Source: Halomonas sp.
GTDB lineage: Bacteria; Pseudomonadota; Gammaproteobacteria; Pseudomonadales; Halomonadaceae
Direction: 5' to 3' (one strand)
Assembly: GCF_003553625.1 (NCBI RefSeq)
Contig: NZ_PWEV01000097.1
Length of the DNA: 64,000 nt
The notes below the pieces were generated by a model, which saw only the letters and a list, made by a program, of their open reading frames with translations, did not search any database and was not told the DNA's origin. Both the position numbers and the translations under genes were made by a program. The stretch's first letter is position 1, and each line of letters opens with the position of its first letter. Of this stretch, positions 1 through 10,459 are shown piece after piece.

Positions 1-22
1 GCCGCTCACGTTTCTGGATGGC

Positions 23-304
23 TCAGAAGCTGATCTGATCTTCCAGATTGGCCACGGTGCCGTCTCCGATGCCGCTGACCCGCGTCAGGTCCTCGGGGCT
101 CTCGAAGTGGCCATTGGCCTCGCGATCCTCGATGATGGCAGCTGCCTTGGCCGGACCGATGCCCGGCAGTTCGGTAAGTAGTTCTGCATCGGCGGTATTG
201 ACGTTGATCGGCGCTACCTCCTGTGCCACGGCACCGAGCGGTGCCAGTCCAAGCAGCAGGGCGAGCAGCGCGCCGGCGAGTGCGTTACGTGTCGCTCCCT
301 TCAT
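23..304 (-). CDS. comEA: ComEA family helix-hairpin-helix DNA-binding protein
   Basis: Signal peptide, then INVNTA..ELLTELPGIGPAKAAAII...L.RVSGIG HhH motifs. Confidence 0.9.
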   Translation of the reverse strand: MKGATRNALAGALLALLLGLAPLGAVAQEVAPINVNTADAELLTELPGIGPAKAAAIIEDREANGHFESPEDLTRVSGIGDGTVANLEDQISF

Positions 305-557
305 GGTCGTGTCCTCTCTTGTTGCTTTCGTCGTGGAAGAGTGTCCTGCGGGACACTCTTCAAGCTAGCGGGTGTCGGTTAGCCTCAGTGTGGGTTGAAG
401 CCGCTAGCGCACATAGGTGAGGGCATACAGGCCAACGTGGCAAATCGCTTATTCCGCTGGCGTCATGGGTGACGAGTGCGCGGGCGATCTCGTACACGAG
501 CCGACGGCTCGGGCTGATACAATATGCCCCATGAGTCCCTTGTCTGGAGCCCGGCCC

Positions 558-1259
558 GTGTCTACCGATTCACCTCTGATCATCGCCCTTGACTATGCCT
601 CCCTGGATGCCGCCCTGTGCATGGCCGATAGCCTGGATCCCGCGCACTGCCGTCTCAAGGTGGGCAAGGAGCTGTTTGCCCGCAGCGGTCCGGACGTGGT
701 GGATGCCCTGCATGGTCGCGGCTTCGAGGTGTTCCTCGATCTCAAGTTCCACGACATTCCCAACACCGTGGCCGGCGCCGTGCAGGCGGCGGCGGAACAG
801 GGCGTATGGATGGTTAATGTTCACGCCGGTGGCGGGCGCCGCATGATGGAGGCGGCGAAGGAGCGGCTGCAGCACCATGGCCTTTCCACTCATCTGATTG
901 CGGTGACGGTGCTGACCAGCATGGAGGCGGAGGATCTGGCGGAGGTGGGCGTCAGCGTCACACCGGCGCAGCAGGTGGAGCGCCTGGCCCTCCTGGCCAG
1001 ACAGAGCGGCATGGATGGAGTGGTTTGCTCGGCCCATGAATCGGCGCGGCTGCGCGCGCTTTGCGGCGAGGGGTTTCTCAAGGTGACCCCGGGGATCCGG
1101 CCGAGCTTCGCGCAGGCCGATGACCAGCGGCGGGTGATGACCCCGCGTGATGCCATGGCCGCGGGCAGTACCCACCTGGTGGTGGGTCGACCGGTGACCC
1201 GGGCCAAGGAGCCCATGGCGGCCCTGGCGGCCATCGAGGCAGAACTGGCGGGGTCCTGA
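558..1259 (+). CDS. pyrF: Orotidine 5'-phosphate decarboxylase
   Basis: [28 protein letters not shown] and DDQRR motifs; start placed at GTG 558 after GGAG (ATG 531 is an alternative). Confidence 0.95.
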   Translation: MSTDSPLIIALDYASLDAALCMADSLDPAHCRLKVGKELFARSGPDVVDALHGRGFEVFLDLKFHDIPNTVAGAVQAAAEQGVWMVNVHAGGGRRMMEAAKERLQHHGLSTHLIAVTVLTSMEAEDLAEVGVSVTPAQQVERLALLARQSGMDGVVCSAHESARLRALCGEGFLKVTPGIRPSFAQADDQRRVMTPRDAMAAGSTHLVVGRPVTRAKEPMAALAAIEAELAGS

Positions 1260-1264
1260 TCGGG

Positions 1265-2446
1265 CTATTCCCCCTCGATGCCGGTGATCGGCTTGGTGGT
1301 GCCCCAGCTTCGACAGCGGGGACACTGCCAGTGAAGCTGCTCGCCGGCGAAACCGCAGCGACGACAACGGTGTCTCGGCAGGGCCTTCAGCAGGGTTCGG
1401 GTGTGCTGCTGCAGCAGATCCAGGCGTTCGAGTGAGTCGCCCGGCTCATCCTGCCGATAGAGGTCGATCAGATAGTCCAGCGCTCCCAGGCTCGACTCGC
1501 GGGCAAGCTGCTTCCTGACCAGGGCAATGGCGGCCGACGGGCCTTCACGCTGTCGCAGGGTGTCGGCCAGCAGGATGATCACGCTGGTGAAGGGGGTATG
1601 CTCCAGCAGCTGGTGCAGATGACCGATCAGTCCCTCATCATCGTCGAGCAGGCGGTAAGCATCGCTCAGCGGCTCTAGGAGGGTGGGGGTAAAGGCGGCG
1701 TCCTGCTCGGGAATACGCTGGAGCAGGCGAATCTCCTGGCGGTAGTGGCCGGTGTCGTGCTCCAGAGCGGCCAGCAGCAGGTTGGCGCGCACGCAGCGCG
1801 GGTCGATATGAAGTGCCTGGCGCAGGTGCTTGCGGGCAAGCCCGGGGCTGGCCTCGAAGCGCTCCTGCTCGGCCAGCTGGCAGAGCCAGTGGGCCGCGGC
1901 GCGGCGGATCTCGTCGCTCTGACGAATCAGCTGAGGCTGGGCCACCTCCAGCGCTGCCTGCCACTCGCCCTCGCGCTCCAGCAGGTCAATCAGCAGGCGC
2001 TTGGCGGCAAGACGTCTTTCATCGTCCGAGCTGTCGCGCACCAGGGCGAGAAGCAACCGTTCGGCGCGGTCGAGCAGCCCCAGGGCCAGGAAGTCCCGAG
2101 CCAGTTCCAACTGCACCCGCTCGCCTTGAGCGGCGGAGAGCGTGGGTCGGGCCAGCAGGTTCTGATGGATCTTCACTGCTCGATCCGCTTCGCCTCGCCC
2201 GCGGAACAGATTGCCCAGGGTGATGTGGATCTCGATGGTGTCGCTGTTGACCTCCAGGGCCGCGACAAAGGTCTCGATGGCCCGGTCCTGCTGGTCGTTG
2301 AGCAGATAGTTGAGGCCCACGAAATAATCCCGCGCCAGGCCGGGTGTTGGCACGGGATCGGAAGGCTTGTCGCGTTCGCGGCGGCCGAACCACCAGCCGA
2401 TGGTGACCGCTGCCAACAGCAGGGTCAGCAGCAGGGCGTCGGGCAT
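1265..2446 (-). CDS. lapB: LPS assembly protein B (TPR + rubredoxin-like)
   Basis: N-terminal TM, YFVGLNYLL, TPR repeats, C-terminal CxxCGF...WQCPxC; follows lapA. Confidence 0.93.
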   Translation of the reverse strand: MPDALLLTLLLAAVTIGWWFGRRERDKPSDPVPTPGLARDYFVGLNYLLNDQQDRAIETFVAALEVNSDTIEIHITLGNLFRGRGEADRAVKIHQNLLARPTLSAAQGERVQLELARDFLALGLLDRAERLLLALVRDSSDDERRLAAKRLLIDLLEREGEWQAALEVAQPQLIRQSDEIRRAAAHWLCQLAEQERFEASPGLARKHLRQALHIDPRCVRANLLLAALEHDTGHYRQEIRLLQRIPEQDAAFTPTLLEPLSDAYRLLDDDEGLIGHLHQLLEHTPFTSVIILLADTLRQREGPSAAIALVRKQLARESSLGALDYLIDLYRQDEPGDSLERLDLLQQHTRTLLKALPRHRCRRCGFAGEQLHWQCPRCRSWGTTKPITGIEGE

Positions 2447-2447
2447 C

Positions 2448-2753
2448 CTATGGGAGTTCCTTCAGCTCCTGAACGCGCAGTCGGTCGAGTTCCTTGCGCT
2501 GCTGCTGGTTATGGCGCTGGGCGCGGGTCAGCGTGGTGCGCAGGCGCAGGTAGACGCCGCTCATGGCCAGCATGCCGAGCAGTACGCCCACCGTCAGGGA
2601 GACCAGCAACCAGACGGATAGCGAGGCTGCAGGCAGCTCGATCCAGATCAGGTTGAGCGGAAGGGCCTGCTGGTTGTTGACGGCGAAGAGAATGCCGACC
2701 AGCAGGACGATCAACAGGATGATGGCCAGGATCAGGCCTTTGAGCCAACGCAT
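2448..2753 (-). CDS. lapA: LPS assembly protein A (LapA/DUF1049)
   Basis: 2-TM protein with FAVNNQQ motif and coiled tail, between ihfB and lapB; start MRWLKG. Confidence 0.85.
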   Translation of the reverse strand: MRWLKGLILAIILLIVLLVGILFAVNNQQALPLNLIWIELPAASLSVWLLVSLTVGVLLGMLAMSGVYLRLRTTLTRAQRHNQQQRKELDRLRVQELKELP

Positions 2754-2813
2754 GCGCTTGTGTCCCCTGTAAATGGAAGTGCCGCTAATCAAAGAGTGAG
2801 TGGCCGAAGCCTG

Positions 2814-3110
2814 TCAATAGCCGAGAGCGCGGCTGGCGTCCACCTGCTCGCGCAGTTCCTTGCCGGGCTTGAAGTGTGGCACGAACTTGCCTTCCAGCGC
2901 GACAGGTTCGCCGGTCTTCGGGTTGCGTCCGACCCGCGGCTCACGATAGTGCAGCGAGAAGCTGCCGAAGCCGCGGATTTCGACGCGCCCTCCCTCGGAA
3001 AGGGTGTCGGTGATGTCATCGAGGATCAGTCGAACGGCAGCCTCGACTTCCTTGATCGACAGCTCCGGCTGCCGTGCGGCTATCTGCTCGATCAACTCGG
3101 ACTTGGTCAT
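2814..3110 (-). CDS. ihfB: Integration host factor beta subunit
   Basis: MTKSELIE...[25 protein letters not shown]...FKPGKELR (C-terminal part of ORF 2814..3797). Confidence 0.97.
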   Translation of the reverse strand: MTKSELIEQIAARQPELSIKEVEAAVRLILDDITDTLSEGGRVEIRGFGSFSLHYREPRVGRNPKTGEPVALEGKFVPHFKPGKELREQVDASRALGY

Positions 3111-3299
3111 CGACGTTCTCCCTATGCGGTGGGCGCAGGAACCGGCCCCCTGACGCTGTTGTTTTCCAGAGCATACTCGGCAAATTCTGATAAAACAACG
3201 CACTACGACCTTTGGAAGATAGCCATGCAGGCGGCTGTCGTTGACGGGGGGCTCGGGTATACTGTCACCCTGCACTCCATCGGACAGGCGAGGTCGACG

Positions 3300-3593
3300 T
3301 TGAACGAGCAATCCCCCCAGGATGTGGCACTGCGCAAGCGGCTCCACTGGCACTCTCGGCGCGGCATGTGGGAGCTGGACCTGCTGTTGGTCCCCTTTCT
3401 CGAGCAGTGCTACGACAACCTCGATGCAGCCGATCGGGCGGTGTTTCGTGATCTGATCGATGAGGAAGATCAGGACCTGTTCATGTGGCTCATGCGCCGC
3501 GAGTGGCCCGAGGACCCGGATCGGCGCCGCATCGTGCAGTTGATCATCGATCATGCCGAAAGCGCCGACAGCATTGGGCATCGTCCCGTCTAG
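3300..3593 (+). CDS. sdhE: FAD assembly factor SdhE (YgfY)
   Basis: [18 protein letters not shown] (RGxxE motif) and EDQDLFMW; TTG start inferred. Confidence 0.88.
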   Translation: MNEQSPQDVALRKRLHWHSRRGMWELDLLLVPFLEQCYDNLDAADRAVFRDLIDEEDQDLFMWLMRREWPEDPDRRRIVQLIIDHAESADSIGHRPV

Positions 3594-3951
3594 GCTCTCT
3601 CTCCTGCTGCATGCCACGCTGGCCGCCGCGGTGGCCGGTGCGGCATTCTTCCATGCTCCGGCGTGGCTGGGTGCTGCCGTCTCGGCGGCACTGCTGGGCG
3701 TCCTGTTGCATTGCACCCGGCAACGCGCACGGGGTGAGCTGCGCGCAGTGTCGCTGGCCGGTGGCGGCATTTGCTGGGAGTGGCGAGACGCCGCCACGCT
3801 CCCCTGGCGAAGGGTATCCCTTCACTGCGACTATCTCGGCCCCTGGTTGATTGGCCTTCGCCTCGACGGACATCGACTATGGATCTGGCCGGACAGCAGC
3901 GACGCCACCTCGCTATGGCGCCTGCGGCGTCTGCTGGTACAAGGTCGGTAG
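3553..3951 (+). CDS. YgfX/CptA-like inner membrane protein
   Basis: 2 TM plus WPDS....WRLRRLL tail; overlaps sdhE as in the conserved sdhE-ygfX pair. Confidence 0.72.
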   Translation: MPKAPTALGIVPSRLSLLLHATLAAAVAGAAFFHAPAWLGAAVSAALLGVLLHCTRQRARGELRAVSLAGGGICWEWRDAATLPWRRVSLHCDYLGPWLIGLRLDGHRLWIWPDSSDATSLWRLRRLLVQGR

Positions 3952-3963
3952 GTGGGGTTCTCG

Positions 3964-5541
3964 TCAGTCGAGAGCCGAGAGGTGAATCCGCGAGGGCCGC
4001 GGGAGTCCCGGCCCATGATCGGGGCAGTCCGGGTTGTAGTGCAGGCCACGGGACTCACGCCGGCCGAGGGCGCTGGCCACGGTGAGTCTGGCTAGGCGCA
4101 GTGCCTGCCAGAGGCCCGCCAGCGCCGCACTGGTGGCGCTGACGTCCACCATCGGGGCAAGTTCGCGCTGAAGGGCGTCCAGTTCCTCCGCGGCCTCGGC
4201 CAAGCCAGCGTCGCGTCGCACGATGGCCACCCGGGTGCTCATGACTTGGCGCATCCGCTGACGAATCTCGTCCAGCGCCCGCGGATCCGCTTCCTGGCTC
4301 CCGGCCCCGAAGGGACGCAGCGTGGCCGATTCGGTCACCTCGCCCCGCCGGGCCAGTGCCGCGGCACAGCTGCGCGCGAATACCAGGCACTCCAGCAGCG
4401 AGTTGCTGGCCATGCGGTTGGCGCCGTGCAGGCCGGTGCAGGCGACTTCGCCGATGGCGTAGAGGTTCGCCACCGTGGTCGCCCCGGTCAGGTCGGTGGA
4501 CAGGCCTCCGCAGCTGTAATGGGCGGCGGGCACCACCGGGATCGGTTCCCGGGTGATATCCAGGCCGCGGCCGGCGCAGTACGCCTGGATGGTGGGGAAG
4601 TGGTGGTGGATGGTGGCCTCGCCTAGGTGGCGGATATCGAGCAGCACATGGTCGCTGCCGGTGCGCTGCATCTCGGCGTCGATGGCACGGGCGACGACAT
4701 CTCGCGGGGCCAGCTCGGCGCGAGGGTCCAGCGCCGGCATGAAGCGCTCGCCCCGGACGTTGAGCAGTCGACCGCCCTCTCCGCGCACCGCCTCGCTGAT
4801 CAGGAAGGGGGTGCCCTGCGGGTCAAAGAGGCAGGGGGGGGGGAACTGCTGGAACTCCAGGTTCATCAGCTCAGCCCCCAGTTCGGCCCCCATCAGCATG
4901 CCTTCCCCGCAGGCCGGGTGTGGGCTGGTGGTATGCCGATAAAGCCCGCTGGCGCCTCCGGTGGCAAGCGCGGTGTCGCTGGCCAGTAGCTCGTGCAGCT
5001 TGCCCTGGCTGTCCAGGCAGCGGGCACCGCGGCAGTGGCCGGCAGTGTCATCGATCAGGCCAATGGCGGTAAGGTCGTCCAGTATCCGGATGGCGGGGTG
5101 CGCGGCCACGTGAGCCTGAAGGGTTTCCATCACGGCGAGGCCCGTGGCATCGGCAGCGTGGATGATGCGCCGGGCGCCGTGGCCGCCCTCGCGGGTCAGG
5201 TGGTAGGGGTAGCCGGCATCGGGGCTGGGATCCGGGGTGAAGGGAACCCCCAGGGAGAGCAACCATTCGATGGCGGCCGGTCCGTTTTCCACGGTGAAGC
5301 GCACCGCTGCCTCGTCACACAGGCCGTCTCCGGCGACCCGGGTGTCGGCGACGTGGGCGTCAAAGTCATCGCCGGGAGAGAGTACCGCGGCGATGCCGCC
5401 CTGAGCCCAACGGCTGGCGCCCAGATCGTCACTGGCCGGCCGAAGCAGGGTAACCCGGCGTCGGTCGGCGATCTCCAGGGCCAGCACCAGGCCGGCAACG
5501 CCGCCGCCGATGATCAGCACATCATGGTTGCCTTGGGTCAT
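3964..5541 (-). CDS. nadB: L-aspartate oxidase (QFHPT motif reads QFPPP here)
   Basis: GGGVAG, WAQGGIAA, REGGH, LISEAVRGEG, LAPRDVVARAI, PAAHY, GLHGANRMASNSLLEC, ESRGLHY. Confidence 0.93.
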   Translation of the reverse strand: MTQGNHDVLIIGGGVAGLVLALEIADRRRVTLLRPASDDLGASRWAQGGIAAVLSPGDDFDAHVADTRVAGDGLCDEAAVRFTVENGPAAIEWLLSLGVPFTPDPSPDAGYPYHLTREGGHGARRIIHAADATGLAVMETLQAHVAAHPAIRILDDLTAIGLIDDTAGHCRGARCLDSQGKLHELLASDTALATGGASGLYRHTTSPHPACGEGMLMGAELGAELMNLEFQQFPPPCLFDPQGTPFLISEAVRGEGGRLLNVRGERFMPALDPRAELAPRDVVARAIDAEMQRTGSDHVLLDIRHLGEATIHHHFPTIQAYCAGRGLDITREPIPVVPAAHYSCGGLSTDLTGATTVANLYAIGEVACTGLHGANRMASNSLLECLVFARSCAAALARRGEVTESATLRPFGAGSQEADPRALDEIRQRMRQVMSTRVAIVRRDAGLAEAAEELDALQRELAPMVDVSATSAALAGLWQALRLARLTVASALGRRESRGLHYNPDCPDHGPGLPRPSRIHLSALD

Positions 5542-6667
5542 CTCGCTTTCCTTTGTCGATCTTGGCGATGTCGCGTCGCGCCCACTTGCGCCCCGAGGCG
5601 CGGTGCAGGCGGCGGCTGGGCAGGCGGGTCAGGCCACCCAGGCGGTCAACCAGGTCGCTGGTCAGTCGCGCCAGCTCACGGTTGAGCCATAGATAGCCGC
5701 TGGGGCTGAACAGTATGCGTCCCTCGTCGCTGCGGGCACTGGAGGCCAGTTCGGCATGGCGCTGGAGGTCGAACTGGTTGACCGTGATCGCGATGGGCTG
5801 GCCGGTGCGGACCTGGAAGGCGAGGGAGCCGAGATCACGGGCCAGCCGGTGCTGCTCGGCGCGCAGGCCCTCCATGGCTTCGATGCGGCCATGGCCCTCC
5901 CGTGTGGTCCAGTGAGTCTCCAGCAGCAGCTCGATGGTGGAGAGCATTCGGCGCTGCAGGGAGATGATGTCATCAAGCTCGTCACGGTTCAGCCGTTTCT
6001 CGCGATGGATGGCATCGACCAGGCCACGCTGCTTGATCAGCGCGGAGCTGGTGGCCTTCAGGAGGGCGCGGGTGTCGACGTCCAGGGCGGCCGCGGCGGT
6101 GGTGTGAGCGTGGAAGAGGCGCGCCATGCGATCGAGGTTTTCGGCCAGCATGAAGCGCATCATGTCGGTGGCCTTCTGGGGCAGCACCAGGACGGTCACG
6201 CTGATGCCGACCAGGGTGCCCAGCAGCACGTCGAAGGCGCGCCAGAGGCCAATGTCCAGGTCATGGCTGCCGTCGCCGATGACCAGCAGCAGGCTGATGG
6301 CGAACATCAGGCCGCTGTAGCCGTGGCGGTTGCTGAAGGTGAGCCAGGTGGCAACGCCGATGGCGACGAGGCCGCCGGCGGGGATCAACAGATGCAGGGC
6401 GGGAGGAAAGAGGATCAGCAAGAGGCCGGTGGCGGCGCCGAGCACGGTGCCAAGGAGGCGCTGGCGACCCTTGTCGAGCACCCCGCCGATATGCGGCAGG
6501 TTGCCCATTACCATGACGGTGCTGACGAGCGCCCAGCTGGAATGGGGAATCTCGAACACGCGAATGATGCCGAAGGTGATCAGCAGGGCGAACACCACGC
6601 GCAGCACATGCAGGCGACGTCGGTAATGATAGGTGAAGTAGGGGTCGCGCAGGGGCGGCAGGTTCAT
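5522..6667 (-). CDS. FUSC family (YeeA-like) inner membrane protein
   Basis: HSSWALVS...GGVLDKGRQRLLGTVLG, WR.FDV.LG multi-TM N-terminal half followed by helical domain. Confidence 0.8.
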   Translation of the reverse strand: MNLPPLRDPYFTYHYRRRLHVLRVVFALLITFGIIRVFEIPHSSWALVSTVMVMGNLPHIGGVLDKGRQRLLGTVLGAATGLLLILFPPALHLLIPAGGLVAIGVATWLTFSNRHGYSGLMFAISLLLVIGDGSHDLDIGLWRAFDVLLGTLVGISVTVLVLPQKATDMMRFMLAENLDRMARLFHAHTTAAAALDVDTRALLKATSSALIKQRGLVDAIHREKRLNRDELDDIISLQRRMLSTIELLLETHWTTREGHGRIEAMEGLRAEQHRLARDLGSLAFQVRTGQPIAITVNQFDLQRHAELASSARSDEGRILFSPSGYLWLNRELARLTSDLVDRLGGLTRLPSRRLHRASGRKWARRDIAKIDKGKRDDPRQP

Positions 6668-6726
6668 GAGGCAGGGCCTCGCAGTTATGCCACTTTGGTG
6701 TCGGTCCAGGCGAAGGACGGGAAAAC

Positions 6727-6813
6727 TGGTGCCCGGAGCCGGGCTCGAACCGGCACGGTGTCTCCACCGAGGGATTTTAAGTCCCTTGCGTCTACCAATT
6801 TCGCCATCCGGGC
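6727..6813 (-). tRNA. tRNA-Leu(TAA)
   Basis: Reverse complement GCCCGGATGGCGAAATTGGTAGACGC...GACTTAAAATC...long variable arm...GGTTCGAG...CACCA. Confidence 0.96.
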
Positions 6814-6858
6814 GGCACGGTGTCGAGCAGAAACAGGTCGTGCGGTATCAGGGAAGAG

Positions 6859-6932
6859 TGGAGGCTGGAGTCGGAATCGAACCGGCGTACACGGAGTTGC
6901 AGTCCGCTGCATAACCACTCTGCCATCCAGCC
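6859..6932 (-). tRNA. tRNA-Cys(GCA)
   Basis: Reverse complement GGCTGGATGGCAGAGTGG...GGACTGCAACTCC...GGTTCGATTCC...CTCCA. Confidence 0.96.
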
Positions 6933-6967
6933 TCATCGAGTCGTGTTGCATCTCCTCGGAGAGAAGA

Positions 6968-7042
6968 TGGAGCGGGAAACGAGATTCGAACTCGCGACCC
7001 CAACCTTGGCAAGGTTGTGCTCTACCACTGAGCTATTCCCGC
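6968..7042 (-). tRNA. tRNA-Gly(GCC)
   Basis: Reverse complement GCGGGAATAGCTCAGTGGTAGAGC...CCTTGCCAAGG...GTTCGAATC...CTCCA; pgsA-Gly-Cys-Leu order as in E. coli. Confidence 0.97.
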
Positions 7043-7057
7043 CTGACTCGAGAGCGA

Positions 7058-7085
7058 ATTATACGGATAAGCCGGTGACTGTCAA
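7058..7085 (-). promoter_or_regulatory. Sigma70 promoter of the Gly-Cys-Leu tRNA operon
   Basis: Perfect TTGACA-16 bp-TATAAT on the minus strand just upstream of tRNA-Gly. Confidence 0.9.
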
Positions 7086-7127
7086 ACGCATTTTCAGCCA
7101 AGCTGATGACAAGCGCCGAGCGCTGCC

Positions 7128-7676
7128 TCACATGGAGTCGCTGAGATGAGGCCAGGCGGCGCGCAGGTAGAGAATCATCGACCACAGCGTCAGCGCGGCG
7201 GCCGCATAGAGGGTGATCACGGCCAGCAGTGCGATGGGAGTGCCGGGGGTAAAGGCCAGCAGCATGAAGATGGCGACCATCTGGAGGGTGGTCTTGACCT
7301 TGCCGATCCATGAGACCGCCACCTGGCCGCGCTTGCCCATCTCTGCCATCCACTCGCGCAGCGCCGAAATGACGATCTCGCGCCCGATGATGACCAGCGC
7401 CGGCAGTGTCAGCCACACCGCCTCGTAGCGCTCGATCATCAGCGCGAGGGCCACGACAACCATCAGCTTGTCTGCCACCGGGTCGAGGAAGGCGCCGAAG
7501 GGAGTGGCCTGGTTCCAGCGCCGCGCCAGGTAGCCGTCGAGCCAGTCGGTGATCGAGGCCACGGCGAACAGGCCGGCGGCCACCGGCATGCTCCAGGTGA
7601 AGGGCAGGTAAAAGAGCACCACCAGCAGAGGGATGAAGCCGATGCGGGCCAGGGTGAGAAGATTCGGGATGTTCAT
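7128..7676 (-). CDS. pgsA: CDP-diacylglycerol--glycerol-3-phosphate 3-phosphatidyltransferase
   Basis: [21 protein letters not shown]...[14 protein letters not shown]-alcohol phosphotransferase motif. Confidence 0.96.
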   Translation of the reverse strand: MNIPNLLTLARIGFIPLLVVLFYLPFTWSMPVAAGLFAVASITDWLDGYLARRWNQATPFGAFLDPVADKLMVVVALALMIERYEAVWLTLPALVIIGREIVISALREWMAEMGKRGQVAVSWIGKVKTTLQMVAIFMLLAFTPGTPIALLAVITLYAAAALTLWSMILYLRAAWPHLSDSM

Positions 7677-7744
7677 TGCGTGTCGCTGTCCTTGGCGGTG
7701 GGGTGGTGCCGAACGCCCGCCCATTCTATCCCCCTTGGCGGCCT

Positions 7745-9559
7745 TCATCCATGCAGGGCGCGATGAATTGCCTCGGCCAGGGTGGCGCTGATGCCTGGTG
7801 CCCGCGAGAGCTCCTCGCGGCTGGCCTGCTTGACCCCCTGGAGACCGCCGAAGAAACGCAGCAGCTCTCGCCTGCGCTTGGGCCCTACGCCGGGGATGCC
7901 CTCGAGCGTCGAGGTGCGGCGTGTCTTGTCGCGGCGGTTGCGGTGACCGGTGATGGCGAAGCGATGGGCTTCGTCGCGCACGTGCTGGATCAGGTGCAGG
8001 GCGGGGGAGGCGGGGTCGAGATCCAGTGCGCGGTCGACGGTTTCGAGAAACAGGGTCTCCAGGCCCGCCTTGCGCGTGGTGCCCTTGGCGACCCCCACCA
8101 GTGCCACATCGCTGACCCCGAGCTCGACAAACACCTCGCGGGCGAGGTTGAGCTGCCCCTTGCCGCCATCCACCAGCAGCACATCGGGGCGTTCCCCTTC
8201 ACCGTCGGCCAGGCGTCGAAAGCGTCGAGTCAGGGCCTGGCGCATGGCTGCATAGTCGTCGCCGGCGGCTACCCCTTCGATGTTGAAGCGGCGGTAGTCG
8301 GACTTGCGCGGCCCATTCTCATCGAACACCACGCAGGAGGCCACCGTCGCCTCCCCGTGGCTGTGGCTGATGTCGAAACATTCCAGGCGCCTGGGCGTGT
8401 CGGCCAGGCCGAGGGTTTCGCGCAGCGCCGAAAAGCGGCGCGTGAGCTGGACCTGGCTGGCCAGCTGGCCGGCCAGCTGCTGCTCGGCGTTGGTGACGGC
8501 CAGGGACTGCCACTGGGCGCGGTGTCCCCGAACCCGGTCGGTGATGCGCACGCGCTTGCCGGCGCGTTCGCTGAGCGCGGCGGCGATCAGCTCCCGATCC
8601 GCCAGGGCGTGACTGGTGATCAACTCCCGCGGAATCTCCCGGGTCTGTCCCAGATAGTACTGACTGACGAACTCCGCGAGCAACGCGTCGGCGGGCAGAT
8701 CGAGCCCGTTGGCGGGCGCATGGTGGCGGGCGCCCAGCAGCCGGCCGTGGCGGACGCTGAGCACCGAGATACAGAGCGTTCCGGGGCGGGTGGCCAGGGC
8801 GAAGATGTCGGCATCGCCGTCGCCGGTATCGACGAACTGACGCTGCTGTAGCTGGCGCAGCTGCTGAATCTGGTCGCGCAGCCGAGCGGCTTCCTCGAAG
8901 TCGAGTTCACGGCTGGCCGCCTCCATGGCCAACGTCAGCTCATGGGTGACCTGGTTGCTCTTGCCCTCCAGGCACTGCACGGCATGCTCCAGGTCGCGGC
9001 GGTAGTCCGCCTCGCTGATGTGGCCCACGCAGGGGGCGCTGCAGCGGTCGATCTGATACTGCAGGCAGGGCCGGGTGCGGTGAGCGAAGACGCTGTCCTC
9101 GCAGTTGCGGATACGAAAGATCTTCTGCATCAGCGACAGGCTCTCGCGCACTGCCAGGCTGCTGGGATAGGGGCCAAGATAGCGGCCATCGTCACGACGC
9201 GCCCGAGCCCGCTTGTACTCGAGGGCCGGGAAGGAGTGGCGGTCGGTGACGAAGACGAAAGGGTAGGACTTGTCGTCGCGCAGCAGGATGTTATACGGCG
9301 GGCGCAGCTCCTTGATCAGGGTCTGTTCCAGCAGCAGTGCCTCGGTCTCGCTGTTGGTCACCGTGACCTGGATGTCGGCGATGCGCGCCACCAGCGCCTG
9401 GGTCTTGGTGTTCAGTGCGCCGCGGAAATAGCTGGCCAGGCGCGCCTTGAGGCGCCTGGCCTTGCCCACATAGAGGGTGTCGCCCTGGGCATCCAGCATG
9501 CGGTAGACGCCCGGTGACTCGCTGGCGCTGCCGAGGAATTGACGGTAATCGAAGCTCAT
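7745..9559 (-). CDS. uvrC: Excinuclease ABC subunit C
   Basis: GIY-YIG N-terminus (PGVYRM..YVGKA), [23 protein letters not shown]-terminal HhH. Confidence 0.97.
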   Translation of the reverse strand: MSFDYRQFLGSASESPGVYRMLDAQGDTLYVGKARRLKARLASYFRGALNTKTQALVARIADIQVTVTNSETEALLLEQTLIKELRPPYNILLRDDKSYPFVFVTDRHSFPALEYKRARARRDDGRYLGPYPSSLAVRESLSLMQKIFRIRNCEDSVFAHRTRPCLQYQIDRCSAPCVGHISEADYRRDLEHAVQCLEGKSNQVTHELTLAMEAASRELDFEEAARLRDQIQQLRQLQQRQFVDTGDGDADIFALATRPGTLCISVLSVRHGRLLGARHHAPANGLDLPADALLAEFVSQYYLGQTREIPRELITSHALADRELIAAALSERAGKRVRITDRVRGHRAQWQSLAVTNAEQQLAGQLASQVQLTRRFSALRETLGLADTPRRLECFDISHSHGEATVASCVVFDENGPRKSDYRRFNIEGVAAGDDYAAMRQALTRRFRRLADGEGERPDVLLVDGGKGQLNLAREVFVELGVSDVALVGVAKGTTRKAGLETLFLETVDRALDLDPASPALHLIQHVRDEAHRFAITGHRNRRDKTRRTSTLEGIPGVGPKRRRELLRFFGGLQGVKQASREELSRAPGISATLAEAIHRALHG

Positions 9560-9629
9560 GGGAGAGATGCAGTCGCGGACGAAGGCCCCATCCTAGCAGA
9601 TCACGCCGGATGGCAGGCCGGGCGGGCGC

Positions 9630-10277
9630 TCACTCAAGGCTGGCGAAGCCTTCCACCAGGCCGTGTCGAAGGCCGAGGTGGGTCAGTTCCACATCGGTCT
9701 GAACGCCCAGCTTGTCGAAGATACGGTAGCGGTAGGTGTTCACCGTCTTGGGGCTGAGGAAGAGCCGGTCGGAGATGTCGGCCACCTTCTGGCAGTTGAC
9801 GATCATCATCGCCACCTGCATTTCGCGCTGAGAGAGCTGGTCGAAGGGGTTCTCCGACGCATCGATGCGCGACAGCACCAGCCGCTGGGCGACCTCCGGG
9901 CTGACATAGCGCTGGCCATGGAAGACGCCGCGGATGGCCGAGACCATCTCGTCATGCTGGCAGTCCTTGCTGAGAAAGCCGAAGGCGCCGGCGTCGAGCA
10001 GCCGCTGGGCGAAGGCCTCCTCGAGCCAGGCGGTCAGCACCAGTACGCGGGTGTCCGGCTGGGTGCGGTGGATCTTGCGGGTGGCTTCCAGGCCGCCGAT
10101 CCCGGGCATGCGGATATCCATCAGCACCACGTCGGGCGAAAGGCGGCGGGTTTCGGCGATGGCGGTCTCACCGTCGGAGGCCTCACCAACCACGCTGATA
10201 CCCTCTTCGGCGTTCAGCAGGTGGGCGATGCTGGTCCTCACCAGGTGATGGTCGTCGGCAATCAATACCCGGATCAA
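9630..10277 (-). CDS. uvrY: UvrY/GacA family response regulator
   Basis: REC (ADDH, DIRMPGIGG) plus LuxR HTH LSPKTVNTYRYRIFDKL; upstream of uvrC; TTG start inferred. Confidence 0.93.
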   Translation of the reverse strand: MIRVLIADDHHLVRTSIAHLLNAEEGISVVGEASDGETAIAETRRLSPDVVLMDIRMPGIGGLEATRKIHRTQPDTRVLVLTAWLEEAFAQRLLDAGAFGFLSKDCQHDEMVSAIRGVFHGQRYVSPEVAQRLVLSRIDASENPFDQLSQREMQVAMMIVNCQKVADISDRLFLSPKTVNTYRYRIFDKLGVQTDVELTHLGLRHGLVEGFASLE

Positions 10278-10400
10278 GGCAGCGACTCCTGAGCGTCTTG
10301 GCTGATAGGAAAAGGCAGCGGGACATGAGCGCTCCCATGTGGAAGAGTGGCACAACTTCGGTGAAGGTGGAAAGTATCCTTGGGTTTTGCATTCGAGGGG

Positions 10401-10429
10401 TTGACGCTATTCGCTTGGCTACGTAGTAT
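10401..10429 (+). promoter_or_regulatory. Sigma70 promoter for tRNA-Ala
   Basis: TTGACG-17 bp-TAGTAT about 30 bp upstream of the tRNA. Confidence 0.75.
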
Positions 10430-10459
10430 TTGCCTCGTTCTCGCGAGGCGAGACGTCGT

